From positions 47,851 through 111,850 of the forward strand of contig MFOC01000003.1 in assembly GCA_001782235.1 (NCBI GenBank): a DNA stretch of 64,000 nucleotides, given 5' to 3'. The notes under the pieces were generated by a model. It saw only the letters and a list, made by a program, of their open reading frames with translations. It made no database searches and was not told the DNA's origin. Below, piece by piece: positions 18,049 to 27,816 of the stretch. Numbering within the stretch: the stretch's first letter is position 1; each line of letters begins with the position of its first letter. The DNA comes from Candidatus Levybacteria bacterium RIFCSPHIGHO2_02_FULL_40_18. GTDB taxonomy: Bacteria > Patescibacteriota > Microgenomatia > Levybacterales > GWA1-39-11. The position numbers and the translations under genes are program-made.

Positions 18049-18597
18049 ATGAAGGCTTTAACGATTGAGGATATTAATGAAGAGGCTCGCGGAAAAATCT
18101 ATATTCAAGATTATTCTCAAAAACCTACAATTGATGGTGTAAAAATCATCCCGGTCAAAAACTACATCTCGGAGGACGGAGATTTTTCTGAGATACTCCG
18201 AATGGAAAATGGTAAGGCTCAAGGAATCGAAGGTTTTGAAGTAGTCCAAATGAACCGGTCAAGACTTCCCCCCGGCAGTATTAAAGGCTGGCATTTGCAT
18301 TTTGAGCAAGAGGATATTTTTTATTTACCGCCCTCCGATTCTCTTCTGGTTGGGCTTTGGGATCTTAGACGAGATTCAAAAACAAACGGCACTTCAATGA
18401 AAATAACTCTGGGAGCTGGACAATCGTCTCTGCTCTATATTCCGCGCGGAGTCGCACATGGGATGACAAACGTGTCAAATCAAGACATAGAGTTATTCTA
18501 TTTTGTGAATCTCTTGTTTGACGCAAAAAATCCCGATGAAAGAAGATTACCCTGGGATTCGCTCGGTGCCGACTTCTGGCAACCCAAAAGAGATTAA
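18049..18597 (+). CDS. dTDP-4-dehydrorhamnose 3,5-epimerase (RmlC)-like cupin
   Basis: Cupin motifs KGWHLHF...EDIFYLP...LWDLRRDSKTNGTSMKITL...SLLYIPRGVAHGMTN resemble the RmlC family. Confidence 0.55.
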   Translation: MKALTIEDINEEARGKIYIQDYSQKPTIDGVKIIPVKNYISEDGDFSEILRMENGKAQGIEGFEVVQMNRSRLPPGSIKGWHLHFEQEDIFYLPPSDSLLVGLWDLRRDSKTNGTSMKITLGAGQSSLLYIPRGVAHGMTNVSNQDIELFYFVNLLFDAKNPDERRLPWDSLGADFWQPKRD

Positions 18598-18648
18598 TTT
18601 CCTCTTGAAACCCCACATCCAATTGTTATAATAACTTTTATTCAACTT

Positions 18649-19728
18649 ATGAGTAAAGAACCACTACGACCTAGCACTCCATTTGCCGAGCGGACAGATG
18701 CGATTTACGGAAAAACAACTAGATCGGCTTCTCCTCGACCTAGAGGTTGGGCAGCCAGATGGGCTCGATGGGCTCCTCTGAGAGAAAAGGCAGGCATTAA
18801 TCCAGATGATGAAACAGCAGACATGTATCCAAGCGACGCAAGGACTTATAAGCTACTGTCGGAAGAAGAACCGGTGACATGCAATCAACTTGCACGAACT
18901 CTATATCCTGACTTAGATATTAAAAAAGCAAAGAGTAGTGCTGTCTCCCAAAGCATGGCCAGATTAAGAAAAATGCTACCGAGTCTTATTAATAGATCAG
19001 TTGTTAATGTTGGTACTCCACGCCACGCAGAGTATTTGCTGGTTGAGGCCGGTCGCGAACAGGAAGTAATTGAACGCTATGCGCGAGAAAGAGAAGAAAA
19101 ACAAGCAGAGACTACTCCATCAAGACTAAGGGTTCGGGCAGCTGAATTAAGCCAAAGAATGGACAAGAAATCAAGTAAGACACAACTTAAGGAAGATGAA
19201 ACCGAACTTGAGGAGGGAGTTGAAGCTACGGTTAGCCGGAGCGATGAGGATTTGCAGTGGGCACAAAGGTTTATTGAGGAGTCAGGACTCGATAATAAAA
19301 CCGAAAAGGTGTTTGGTGAGGAAGAAAGTCAAAAATTAATGCCTCGGGAACATGTACAGAAATCCCCATCATTAAAACTTACCCGAGAAGATCAATATTG
19401 GCTTGCAATGTCTATAGTTGATTTCAATGGTCAGTACGTAATAACTGATGAGCTCGGAAAAAAGATAGGTACTGAAACCCTCGACTCTTTCAGGCGTGTT
19501 TTATCAACTAGAGGTTCTTATGTTTATTCGGCCCAAGAAGGCCAGAGAATACGTGTCATTCTTAATCAAGCTTCCAATAATAATACATCATTTATGCGAG
19601 AGAATGGGCATCACGCATGGATTTCTCGTGCGCTTGAGCTTCTTACACCTCAAGACAACTCAAAAAGTCCGGGAGATGTTTTCTGGGAAATATACGAGTA
19701 TATGCACCCAAGGCCTGCTATGCACTAA
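18649..19728 (+). CDS. Hypothetical protein with an N-terminal OmpR/CadC-type winged-helix segment
   Basis: YKLLSEEEPVTCNQLARTLYPDLDIKKAKSSAVSQSMARLRKML resembles a trans_reg_C wHTH. The remainder has no recognisable domain. Confidence 0.3.
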   Translation: MSKEPLRPSTPFAERTDAIYGKTTRSASPRPRGWAARWARWAPLREKAGINPDDETADMYPSDARTYKLLSEEEPVTCNQLARTLYPDLDIKKAKSSAVSQSMARLRKMLPSLINRSVVNVGTPRHAEYLLVEAGREQEVIERYAREREEKQAETTPSRLRVRAAELSQRMDKKSSKTQLKEDETELEEGVEATVSRSDEDLQWAQRFIEESGLDNKTEKVFGEEESQKLMPREHVQKSPSLKLTREDQYWLAMSIVDFNGQYVITDELGKKIGTETLDSFRRVLSTRGSYVYSAQEGQRIRVILNQASNNNTSFMRENGHHAWISRALELLTPQDNSKSPGDVFWEIYEYMHPRPAMH

Positions 19729-19737
19729 TCATCATTT

Positions 19738-20385
19738 TTGTATAATATAAGAGAAATGGAGTTTTTGGTACCGCTTGTTATCTTAATCTTTTCTGCGATG
19801 CTGCATGAAGTAATGCACGGCGTGGTCGCCAATAGGTTGGGTGATCCGACCGCAAAGCTTATGGGGAGACTAACCCTTAATCCCATTCCACACCTTGACC
19901 CGATGATGAGCATTCTCTTACCTGCTCTTTTGGTTTTGTCAGGATCACCGGTTATCTTTGGCGCTGCAAAACCGGTCCCTGTAAACCCAATACATTTCCG
20001 CGATCCAAAAAAAGACATGGCATTGACAGCCCTTGCTGGGCCTTTGACGAATGTGTTTCTTGCCGTATTTACGGCCCAAATTATTAAGCTTATTCCCTCC
20101 GGGGCAGACCCCCTCTGGGGCGGCGCCCTCTCATCCTTCTTATATCTCGTCGTGCTATATAATTTAATGCTTGCAATAATTAATTTAATTCCCATCCCCC
20201 CACTTGACGGAAGCAAGGTTGTAGCGGCAATTATGCCAGATGATTTAGCTAAATCTTACTTATCAATTCAGCAATTTGGTATATTTATTTTATTCTTTTT
20301 GTTGCTCTTCCCCATCGGCGACTTTTCCCTGGGCAGACTCATTAGCAACTTAATTTTCTTCTCGATAAACTTACTTGGAATATGA
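19738..20385 (+). CDS. Site-2 protease family (M50) membrane metalloprotease
   Basis: HExxH motif (LHEVMHGVVA). NLIPIPPLDGSKV motif. Multiple TM helices. Confidence 0.6.
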   Translation: MYNIREMEFLVPLVILIFSAMLHEVMHGVVANRLGDPTAKLMGRLTLNPIPHLDPMMSILLPALLVLSGSPVIFGAAKPVPVNPIHFRDPKKDMALTALAGPLTNVFLAVFTAQIIKLIPSGADPLWGGALSSFLYLVVLYNLMLAIINLIPIPPLDGSKVVAAIMPDDLAKSYLSIQQFGIFILFFLLLFPIGDFSLGRLISNLIFFSINLLGI

Positions 20386-20459
20386 TAATGGAAAATAGTT
20401 ATTGGAAAATGGAGATTAGTAAAACCATTTTCTAATTTCTAATAACCAATTTCATTCAT

Positions 20460-21089
20460 ATGGCGTATTTAGTTTTGGTTCGACATGGACTCTCTGACTA
20501 CAACAAAAAAGGTCTTTGGACCGGCTGGGATAATCCTCCACTCTCAGAAGAAGGATTCGAACAATCCCAAAAAACTGGCGCCGAATTAACTGATATTAAA
20601 TTCGACTTTGCCTACTCTTCTGATCAGATTCGCTCAGTCCAAACAATCGAGGAAATATTTAAAGCCACAAATCAGAATATTCCAATAGTTCAGGACGCAA
20701 CGATTCGAGAGCGCAATTATGGTACTTATACCCGGAAAAACAAGTGGGAAGTACAAAAAGAGATTGGAGATGAAGAGTTTAAAAAACTTCGTCGAGGATG
20801 GGATTATCCTATTCCGAATGGCGAGAGCTTAAAACAAGTCTACGAACGCGAAATTCCATATTTTAGACAGGAGATCGAACCAAAACTCAAGGAAGGCAAA
20901 AATGTGATTATCGCATCTTCCGGCAATGCCCTTCGTGCGCTGGCAAAATATCTCGAAAATATTTCTGATGAACAAATCTCGGAAGTGGAAATAGGCACGG
21001 GCGAAGCCTACGTTTACACTATGAATGAACGTGGAGAGGTAGTTACTAAAGAAATAAGAGGAACGAATCCTAATCGTGGCAAAATATAA
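20460..21089 (+). CDS. gpmA: Histidine phosphatase family enzyme, 2,3-bisphosphoglycerate-dependent phosphoglycerate mutase-like
   Basis: LVRHGLSDYNKKGLWTGWDNPPLSEEG matches the RHG catalytic motif and the GpmA N-terminus (LVRHGESQWN...FTGW). FDFAYSS is also present. Confidence 0.6.
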   Translation: MAYLVLVRHGLSDYNKKGLWTGWDNPPLSEEGFEQSQKTGAELTDIKFDFAYSSDQIRSVQTIEEIFKATNQNIPIVQDATIRERNYGTYTRKNKWEVQKEIGDEEFKKLRRGWDYPIPNGESLKQVYEREIPYFRQEIEPKLKEGKNVIIASSGNALRALAKYLENISDEQISEVEIGTGEAYVYTMNERGEVVTKEIRGTNPNRGKI

Positions 21090-21285
21090 TCTATATAAAA
21101 AATAAAATATAAAATAGTAAATATACATATTAAATATGAAAAATGAGAAGAATCGAGAATTTAAGAATAGATTATATGCGTTAATTTTAAGAACAATAAG
21201 ACTTGTAGAAAGCGGGGGTAAAAGAAAAAATATTTGATTTTTACTATGTATTTTTTATCTTTTATATTTAATATTTAATATTTAT

Positions 21286-21903
21286 ATGAAGTTAATAGTC
21301 GGTCTGGGAAATCCCGGAGAAAAATACCAAAATACCCGCCACAATATTGGTTTTATGGCGCTGGATTCTCTTTTGGAAAAATTCGAGCCGGTCGAAAAAA
21401 CATTTTGGGAAGAAAAAAAGAATCTTAAGTCCAATATTAAACACATTAAGTTTAGTATCCAGGATCCAAGATCTAAGATCCAAGATCTAATCCTTGCCAA
21501 ACCCACTACTTTTATGAATGCCTCGGGATTTGCGGTTTCAAAGGTTTTAAATTATTACAAAATCGAACCGGTCGAGATGATAGTCATTCATGATGATTCG
21601 GATCTGCTTTTAGGGAAAATTCGAGTGCGATTTGGGGGCGGCTCTGGCGGCCACAAGGGTGTCGCTTCAATTATCGAAACTATTCAAACAGACCAATTTT
21701 TGCGCGTAAGGCTTGGGATCGGCCGGTCGGAGGATGAGAAACTTGGTAAAAAAAGACACAAGAAGCTTGACAGATATGTCCTTGGCTCTTTCTCACCGGC
21801 TGAACGCGGGCACGTTAAAACTATGATTCGCGAAGCGACACGTGCAGTCGAGTTAATCCTTGAGCACGGCCTCGAAGTATACATGAGCAAATACAACAAG
21901 TAG
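21286..21903 (+). CDS. pth: Peptidyl-tRNA hydrolase with a short in-frame repeat-element insertion
   Basis: MKLIVGLGNPGEKYQNTRHNIGFMALD is a canonical Pth N-terminus. The insert KFSIQDPRSKIQDLILAKP is encoded by a palindromic repeat. Confidence 0.9.
   Translation: MKLIVGLGNPGEKYQNTRHNIGFMALDSLLEKFEPVEKTFWEEKKNLKSNIKHIKFSIQDPRSKIQDLILAKPTTFMNASGFAVSKVLNYYKIEPVEMIVIHDDSDLLLGKIRVRFGGGSGGHKGVASIIETIQTDQFLRVRLGIGRSEDEKLGKKRHKKLDRYVLGSFSPAERGHVKTMIREATRAVELILEHGLEVYMSKYNK
21459..21495. repeat. In-frame palindromic mini-element (ccaggatccaagatctaagatccaagatctaatcc) inside pth
   Basis: It contains two BglII-type agatct palindromes. A homologous element lies at 13291-13333. Confidence 0.6.
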
Positions 21904-21939
21904 TAACTAACAAATTAACGAAAACAACAAAGTAACAAA

Positions 21940-22302
21940 TTAACGGGACGAGCGAAGTTTTTTCGAAAGTCCACCTAACTGTTTTGTAATACTTTCCGCT
22001 AATTTAATTACTTCATTAAAAGAAGTTTTTTCTATTAAAGCATTGTCAAGCGCAATATCTAGACAAGCTACGGATTCATTTATTGAACCTAATGCATTTT
22101 CTATGTATCGTTTGAAATCCTTATCAGAGTACTTAGCCGAACCTTCTGCGATATTAAGACAAGCTGATAGTATAGCTCTTCTTAGTTGATCTCCAAGCTC
22201 CTAATGTTCTCGAGGAAATAACTTAGTTATCGCTACTATTCTTTTATAAAGCAATTTGCTGTCTTTGTATACCTGAAAATCTAGAAATCTGAAAGTTTTC
22301 AT
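21940..22302 (-). pseudogene. Four-helix-bundle protein (TIGR02436, 23S rRNA IVS-type) with an in-frame TAG at codon 35. The gene is flanked by inverted repeats.
   Basis: Translation reads MKTFRFLDFQVYKDSKLLYKRIVAITKLFPREH*ELGDQLRRAILSACLNIAEGSAKYSDKDFKRYIENALGSINE.... The TAG is at plus-strand 22201-22203, where family members have Tyr/Phe. Flanks: aacaaattaacg (21910-21947) and ggttaatttgttaac (22350-22365). Confidence 0.55.
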
Positions 22303-22379
22303 CTCGTCTTAGCTTAATTCGAACAATATCAAATTGTCAATTTGTCAATTGGTTAATTTGTTAACTGTTGAGCGGAGCT

Positions 22380-25300
22380 TTAGGGGGCGATTTCTCTCCA
22401 TCTTGTGTAAGAGGTTTTATAGAAATCAGTTAATTGCGTTATAAAGTCATATCTTGAGGAAACATAAAGAGAGGGGTAATTGCGATCCTCAAGACATAAG
22501 GACCTATTGTTAACTACGGAGCCTGCCCCACCGGACTGGAATGGCTTAACCGAATTTGCAATTAGTGCTCCACTAATATTGAGTCTTCTGTCCGCAGCTC
22601 CCGATGGACATCCATCACCATCCGCTATAATGTCCCCTTCTGCTGTAAGAATTCCGTTAAGATGGGTGGTTGTAACTGACGGATCGGTTGACCCAATGCT
22701 TTTGTCAACTGTGATATTGCCTTTGGCGGCGATAATCAGAAGACTACCGGAAGGAACAGAAACATTGCTTTGAATAACCACATCTCCATTTACAAGAAGC
22801 AGCACCCTTGCTCCTGCCTGATGTGAATAGGAAGTAAGCGTCAGATCTCCATTATTAAGATGATAAGCGCCGGTTGCAAGATTAGAAATCCCGGTAGTGC
22901 AATTACCGCCGGCACAGCCCGGGATATTATTAGTTGTTACGTTTTGCTGCGCGATTCTGTTCATATAAAATGAATAAGACATGGCGCCATTCCTGTTTCT
23001 TGAGTCTTCCTCATAAGTATACTCATCGTTTACTACCCATCCTTTTGTTGATGCATTGCCTGATCCAAACTCGGAGACAAAATTTGAAGAATAGAAGACT
23101 GACGGATTATTCGTATCTGTTGAGGCATACTTTCCTCCCGGAACGTTATTTGATAAGTTGTTCATGCGAACATCACCTGTTGTTGTCTGAAACCAGGACA
23201 CAACATTTGAAATACAGAAGTCCAACGTATGGTTTGCCGAGAAATCAAAGGGGCCATAGGTAAGTCCTGAGAAGCCGGAGGTATTCCATGAACCTCCGTC
23301 AAATCGCACGGCGCTAATATGGTACTCAGGGACGCTTGATAGCACGGCAGTTTTATCTCCGCAAACGGTTGTATCAGCTAAGCTGTAAGCACCTGTGCCA
23401 TCTGTGCTATCAGAACCCGTTTGAGTACCTCCGCCATCAAAAACTGTGACGGTCGCGCTAGCACCATAAGGCGTTGAGCCACTTGCGCAATTATTCCCGG
23501 CAGTATCTTCTCTCACGGTCCCGCTCAAAATGTTACGCGGGGTAACTGTTAAATCCACGGAGATCGCGGAAGTTCCATTAGGATTAGTTGCGTTAACCTC
23601 CTGCCTTACTACCTGATCAGAGCAGATGTTACTCGGGGCAGTATAAGTTGTTGTGGGACCGCTTCCATCGTTATTCGATCCCGGATTGCTCCCTCCTGGG
23701 ATCGCACCCTCGCTATTATCAGAAGGATCATAGCTTCCGGGGTTGCCCGCATCGCCGTCTGTGTGACATCCAGGATCGTTGGTATCAACTAATCCGTCTA
23801 AATCATTGTCAATTCCATCCTGACACTGAGGAACAACTGTTGGAGGAGGCCAAGAATAGGTTGGAGGTGTAAGACTAACACAGTCTTGCGCGGTTATCGT
23901 GGTACTTTCACCGGCTCCAACAGTTGACGAGGCCGCGGTCAATGCTTCGCAGAGAGGCGGGATTGGGGATTCGGACGGAAATCCGGGCACATAGCTGCCC
24001 GGATTTCCTGTGTTCCCGTCAGTATGACAGTCAGGATCTTGTGAATCTACCCCTTGTGATCCATCGTTATTAATCCCGTCAGAACAGGCAGGATCCTCAC
24101 TTGGGTCAAAGGGGTCATAATCGTTTGGTCCAGGTGTTGGGGTTGGAGTTCCGGGACCCGGAGTCGGCAACGGACACGAGGGACTAACGACTCCGTTAAT
24201 ATCGCAGCCCAACTCGCAGGCATCAATTATCCCATTTCCGTTATTATCTGCGTTATCTTGACACTCAAGATTATCTGTGAGTCCAAAGTTAACCGTTGCA
24301 TTGGGAGGAACCGTAGCCGGCGCTGGGTCTGTCATTGTGGAGGTATAGCCGGAAGGAGGCGTTACGTCTACATTATAATTTCCCGCAGGAATATCTGTGA
24401 AAATATAGTCTCCTGAAGAATCTGTAGTTTGTGGACCAATCCCGGGAATTGTGACCGCTACGCCGCTCATTCCATTTTCCCCTGTATCGCGCGCTCCGTT
24501 TGCGTTTACATCGTCAAAGACGTTTCCCGAGATTATGGAGGTGGTTGACCCATAGGTGCAGGCCTGACCGGCATTATATAGCGACCAGATTTCGGATGCG
24601 TTCAAAATCCTTTGCCAAACGCCTACTTCATCTATCCTGCCCGGAAAATAATTAGCGCTTCCGTTATCCTGGCTCCCTATTGCCGAGCTTGCGGATGGGG
24701 AATTTGGTGTTGTTGACGCGCTGAAAGATATGGATCCCGTGGTCGTCATATGATTGCCGTTAATATAGATGTCAACCGTGTCCGCAGAATAATTTATAAC
24801 GCAGGTAACATTGTACCAGCTCCCGGTTGAAATGCCGCTGTTCGTTGTAGTAACCCTTTGGAGACTTTCTCCATCCGCTGATCTTCCTCCGCATGTCATT
24901 TGTCCCAGGCTTGGAGTTCCAAAAGTAATATAGGCTCGCGAATTGCTCGTCGGCGTTCCCCCATTGTTGATCGAAAATGCGACAATCTCGCTGACTGAGG
25001 TTACTGATGTTAGGTTTATCCAAACGGACATAGTGAGTGCGGAGACATTCTGGGCTATCGTTCTATTGGCTCCCACGTTAACCCAGTCTGACGATCCGTT
25101 AAAGCTTCTCGCATAGTTGAGCTTGCCCGCGGCAGTAGGAGACGCTCCGTTTGCCGTTGCATCGTTTCCGTTTTCCGTTGCGTCAGCAAGGTTTGAACCC
25201 GCTGTCTCATCCATTTTCCAAAATGCTGCGGCCGTGACGGGACATGTTGCGTTTGAGACCGGGGTGGGCGTTGGAGTTGGAATCGAAGTAGGAGTTGGCG

Positions 25301-25922
25301 TGGGAGTCCGGGTCGGGGTTGGTGTGGAGGTTGGTGGTGCCAGATTCACAAAAATCGCGAATGCGCAGTCCCCGGAAGAAGACGCGTCAGTCATTTCTAC
25401 ACGTCTGGTTGAGGCAATATAGCGGACGTCGCATTCAGGATCAAGACCTGAACTTGTATTTGTTGAGAGCCTCCAATCGGAAGAAAGGCTTGACATGACG
25501 TAACAGCCCGCTTCAAGACTACCGCCCCAGGGAGGAGATGCCGTAATTGAACAGGTAGGAGTAGAAAGAGAAACGTTGTAATTCCCTCTGTCTCCTGTGA
25601 TGGTCGCATCCGACTCGCCTTCCCATCCCGCAAATGCAACATCGGTCGCAGCAGCAGGAACCGTTCCTATCGTACACCAGGCCGTCGAACCTGCATAAGT
25701 ACCATTCCCATTGCCGAGCCATTTCCAGCCGGATCCCGATGGGGAACCTGTTTCAATGCTACAACCGGGTGCGGGGGTGGGGGTAGGAGCCTGGGTCGGG
25801 GTTGGTGTGGGAGTGGAATATTGGGCGTAGGTCTTGCCTAGCCCAGAGGAAACAAAGAAAGCAAAGAACGCGAATAAAAATACCCAAGCAAACCCCGCAC
25901 TACCTCTTAAAAAGGATCTCAC
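22380..25922 (-). CDS. Giant secreted surface protein or adhesin (1180 aa) with PT-rich linkers, a LamG/concanavalin-like domain, SdrD-B/Cna-B-like domains and Cys/Asp-rich repeats
   Basis: Signal peptide. TPTPTPTQAPTPTP linkers. LamG-like segment (SFNGSSDWVNVG...GRIDEVGVWQRILNASEIWSLYNAG). B-type domain ISGNVFDDVNANGARDTGENGMSGVAVTI...YIFTDIPAGNYNVDV. Repeated DPxCxxDG motifs. Confidence 0.6.
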   Translation of the reverse strand: MRSFLRGSAGFAWVFLFAFFAFFVSSGLGKTYAQYSTPTPTPTQAPTPTPAPGCSIETGSPSGSGWKWLGNGNGTYAGSTAWCTIGTVPAAATDVAFAGWEGESDATITGDRGNYNVSLSTPTCSITASPPWGGSLEAGCYVMSSLSSDWRLSTNTSSGLDPECDVRYIASTRRVEMTDASSSGDCAFAIFVNLAPPTSTPTPTRTPTPTPTSIPTPTPTPVSNATCPVTAAAFWKMDETAGSNLADATENGNDATANGASPTAAGKLNYARSFNGSSDWVNVGANRTIAQNVSALTMSVWINLTSVTSVSEIVAFSINNGGTPTSNSRAYITFGTPSLGQMTCGGRSADGESLQRVTTTNSGISTGSWYNVTCVINYSADTVDIYINGNHMTTTGSISFSASTTPNSPSASSAIGSQDNGSANYFPGRIDEVGVWQRILNASEIWSLYNAGQACTYGSTTSIISGNVFDDVNANGARDTGENGMSGVAVTIPGIGPQTTDSSGDYIFTDIPAGNYNVDVTPPSGYTSTMTDPAPATVPPNATVNFGLTDNLECQDNADNNGNGIIDACELGCDINGVVSPSCPLPTPGPGTPTPTPGPNDYDPFDPSEDPACSDGINNDGSQGVDSQDPDCHTDGNTGNPGSYVPGFPSESPIPPLCEALTAASSTVGAGESTTITAQDCVSLTPPTYSWPPPTVVPQCQDGIDNDLDGLVDTNDPGCHTDGDAGNPGSYDPSDNSEGAIPGGSNPGSNNDGSGPTTTYTAPSNICSDQVVRQEVNATNPNGTSAISVDLTVTPRNILSGTVREDTAGNNCASGSTPYGASATVTVFDGGGTQTGSDSTDGTGAYSLADTTVCGDKTAVLSSVPEYHISAVRFDGGSWNTSGFSGLTYGPFDFSANHTLDFCISNVVSWFQTTTGDVRMNNLSNNVPGGKYASTDTNNPSVFYSSNFVSEFGSGNASTKGWVVNDEYTYEEDSRNRNGAMSYSFYMNRIAQQNVTTNNIPGCAGGNCTTGISNLATGAYHLNNGDLTLTSYSHQAGARVLLLVNGDVVIQSNVSVPSGSLLIIAAKGNITVDKSIGSTDPSVTTTHLNGILTAEGDIIADGDGCPSGAADRRLNISGALIANSVKPFQSGGAGSVVNNRSLCLEDRNYPSLYVSSRYDFITQLTDFYKTSYTRWREIAP

Positions 25923-25944
25923 ACTTTAATATTATGCAAGCAAA

Positions 25945-26090
25945 AGGTCAGTTGTCAATTGTCAGTTCTCGGTTGTCGGTTGTCAGATAGCTGTTTATCT
26001 GTTCTCTGTTTGTCAGTTTTTAAACAGACTGACTGAAGACCGACAGACTATAATCCGAAAACAGAAAACGGAGAACCGATAACGGTATCG
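25945..26090. repeat. Intergenic copy of the MITE-like inverted-repeat element also found inside radA
   Basis: cagttctcggttgtcggttgtcag...ctgtttgtcagtttttaaacagactgactgaagaccgacag...gagaaccgataacgg shares its blocks with 16125-16265. Confidence 0.45.
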
Positions 26091-26136
26091 CCCGTGATAC
26101 TTGTGATACTTCTGATACTCGTGGTACCCTTGGATT

Positions 26137-27333
26137 ATGACGATTATTATTTTCTCAGCTCTCCTCTCCCTTGCCGTATTTCTTGAGGGTATCGGAATCC
26201 CATACGATAGAAAAATCCCCCTCTACCTATTGCTCTCCCTGCCCTATGTTTTATTTATTTTAAACAGGAAATGGAAAATCGAACTCCCCCGAACTTTAAA
26301 AATTTTATTTGGTGGTTTTTTGTTTTTTTCTCTTGTTTCGACGCTTCTCTCTCCCAATGTTCGAACTTCAATTGAATACTTGTTTCTTTATACATCCGCG
26401 TTTTTATTTTTCGTTTATATCATAAATAATAAAGAACAGATTGAACGATTTATGCTTCCGTTAATCTTTGCTTTTTCCGCACTTTTTGTAATTTACTCGC
26501 TTGCCTTACCCGCGCTTATCCGCACTTTTCCCTTCCTCGAACCACAATTCGGCTACCAAGTGGTCTTTTCAAAATTCTTCTCTCACAATCACCTCGGCGA
26601 CTTCCTTCTTCTACCATTGGTAATGCTTTTCTATTATTTGCTTTCAAATCGAAACTCAACTAATAATCGATCTATTATCTATTATCTATTATCTATTATC
26701 TTATTCCTTCCCTACTTTCTCTTCTCTTTCTCCCGAAGTGCTTATCTTGCGCTGTTTCTGACACTTGTTCTTATGGTTGCGGGGCTCGTTCGAACAAAAA
26801 TGTTTAAATTCAGCCTGCCTGCCGTGATTCTTTTAGTTTTCTCCCTTCTCCTGCCGCTTTTGTTTATCTTCTCGGTCGTACAAAGATATGATTACAGCCT
26901 GTCCAGCAGGATAAGTTATCTTCTAACAAACCGATATGGTCTTGAGTATAAAGAAGAAAGTGGAAACAGGCTTGAATATTTAAGTCAAAGTTTTCTTTCA
27001 ATTCGCAAGAACCCTCTTTTTGGAACGGGGCCTGGGAATTTTATCGAGGCCTCGAATAAATTTAAGGGGAATTATTCGACTCCCACAGAAACTGCCCACA
27101 ATGTCTTTCTTGAGATGCTTGTTGAGAACGGGGTTTTGGCCGGGATTGTGTTCGTTTTTTTGATTTTCGAACTTCTTCGCCGCTCCCAAAGAAACGTATA
27201 TTTCTACATGGCACTTGGGCTCCTTATCAATTTCCAGACCGACTACACATACAGAATCTACTTCCTTTTTGTACTGTTTTTCATACTGTTAGGACTAGCC
27301 TACAAAGAAGGTTCAATTGATGATAGACTGTAG
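26137..27333 (+). CDS. O-antigen ligase/polymerase (Wzy_C) family membrane protein
   Basis: At least 10 TM helices. The conserved loop NKFKGNYSTPTETAHNVFLEMLVENGVLAGIVFVFL is typical of O-antigen ligase domains. Confidence 0.55.
   Translation: MTIIIFSALLSLAVFLEGIGIPYDRKIPLYLLLSLPYVLFILNRKWKIELPRTLKILFGGFLFFSLVSTLLSPNVRTSIEYLFLYTSAFLFFVYIINNKEQIERFMLPLIFAFSALFVIYSLALPALIRTFPFLEPQFGYQVVFSKFFSHNHLGDFLLLPLVMLFYYLLSNRNSTNNRSIIYYLLSIILFLPYFLFSFSRSAYLALFLTLVLMVAGLVRTKMFKFSLPAVILLVFSLLLPLLFIFSVVQRYDYSLSSRISYLLTNRYGLEYKEESGNRLEYLSQSFLSIRKNPLFGTGPGNFIEASNKFKGNYSTPTETAHNVFLEMLVENGVLAGIVFVFLIFELLRRSQRNVYFYMALGLLINFQTDYTYRIYFLFVLFFILLGLAYKEGSIDDRL
26671..26705 (+). repeat. Heptanucleotide tandem repeat (tctatta x4) inside the O-antigen-ligase-like CDS
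   Basis: tctattatctattatctattatctattatcttatt encodes SIIYYLLSIIL. Confidence 0.8.
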
Positions 27334-27370
27334 AAGCTAGAATGTAGAATTTGAAGTTAGAAAGTAGATA

Positions 27371-27733
27371 TTAGAAAGTTTTCCAGTTGTTTCGTAAATT
27401 ATTGAGTTTACCGCCTAGGTAAGAGTAGCGCTTAAGTAAATCTTCGCATAAATTCTTGTTCCAATAGTTTAAATCTCGCGCGGTCTCGATATGCACCTCC
27501 ATTTCGTTTGCTGAACCAATCGCTGCATCAAGGTGTCTTTTAAATTCCTTTTCAAATCTCCTTTTGGCCCAACCCTCAGCTATGTTTGATGGACAAGACT
27601 TTGATGCTCTTCTCATTTGAGAAGCAAGGTCGTTTCTCTCATATACCGGAAGCTTTTTAACTTCTTTATGAACTATTATCATTAGCTCGTAGCTTTCTTT
27701 ATAAACCTCGAGGTCTCTGAATGTCTTTATCAC
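27371..27733 (-). CDS. Four-helix-bundle protein (TIGR02436, 23S rRNA intervening-sequence protein family). Intact copy flanked by inverted word repeats.
   Basis: EVYKESYELMIIVHKEVKKLPVYERNDLASQMRRASKSCPSNIAEGWAKR. Flanks: gaatttgaagttagaaag (27334-27370) and its inverted counterpart cttcaaattccagcttctaat (27760-27800). Confidence 0.65.
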   Translation of the reverse strand: MIKTFRDLEVYKESYELMIIVHKEVKKLPVYERNDLASQMRRASKSCPSNIAEGWAKRRFEKEFKRHLDAAIGSANEMEVHIETARDLNYWNKNLCEDLLKRYSYLGGKLNNLRNNWKTF

Positions 27734-27816
27734 CCACTTATACTAACAATTCTTACTTCTACTAATCAAGCTTCAAATTCCAGCTTCTAATTTCCAGTTT
27801 CTAACATCAAATGAAG

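Noticed and set aside
21940-22302. An in-frame TAG in a conserved protein as evidence for stop-codon reassignment (alternative genetic code)
   Set aside because: TAG clearly terminates pth (21901-21903) and other well-defined genes here, and TGA/TAA are also used as stops. A point-mutation pseudogene or sequencing error is more parsimonious.
22480-25722. Multiple 60-110-aa plus-strand ORFs inside the 1180-aa adhesin gene, and similar antisense ORFs inside rho, radA, the S1 gene and the 1016-aa gene
   Set aside because: All lie antisense to long, domain-supported CDSs, lack RBSs, and have biased composition mirroring the sense strand.
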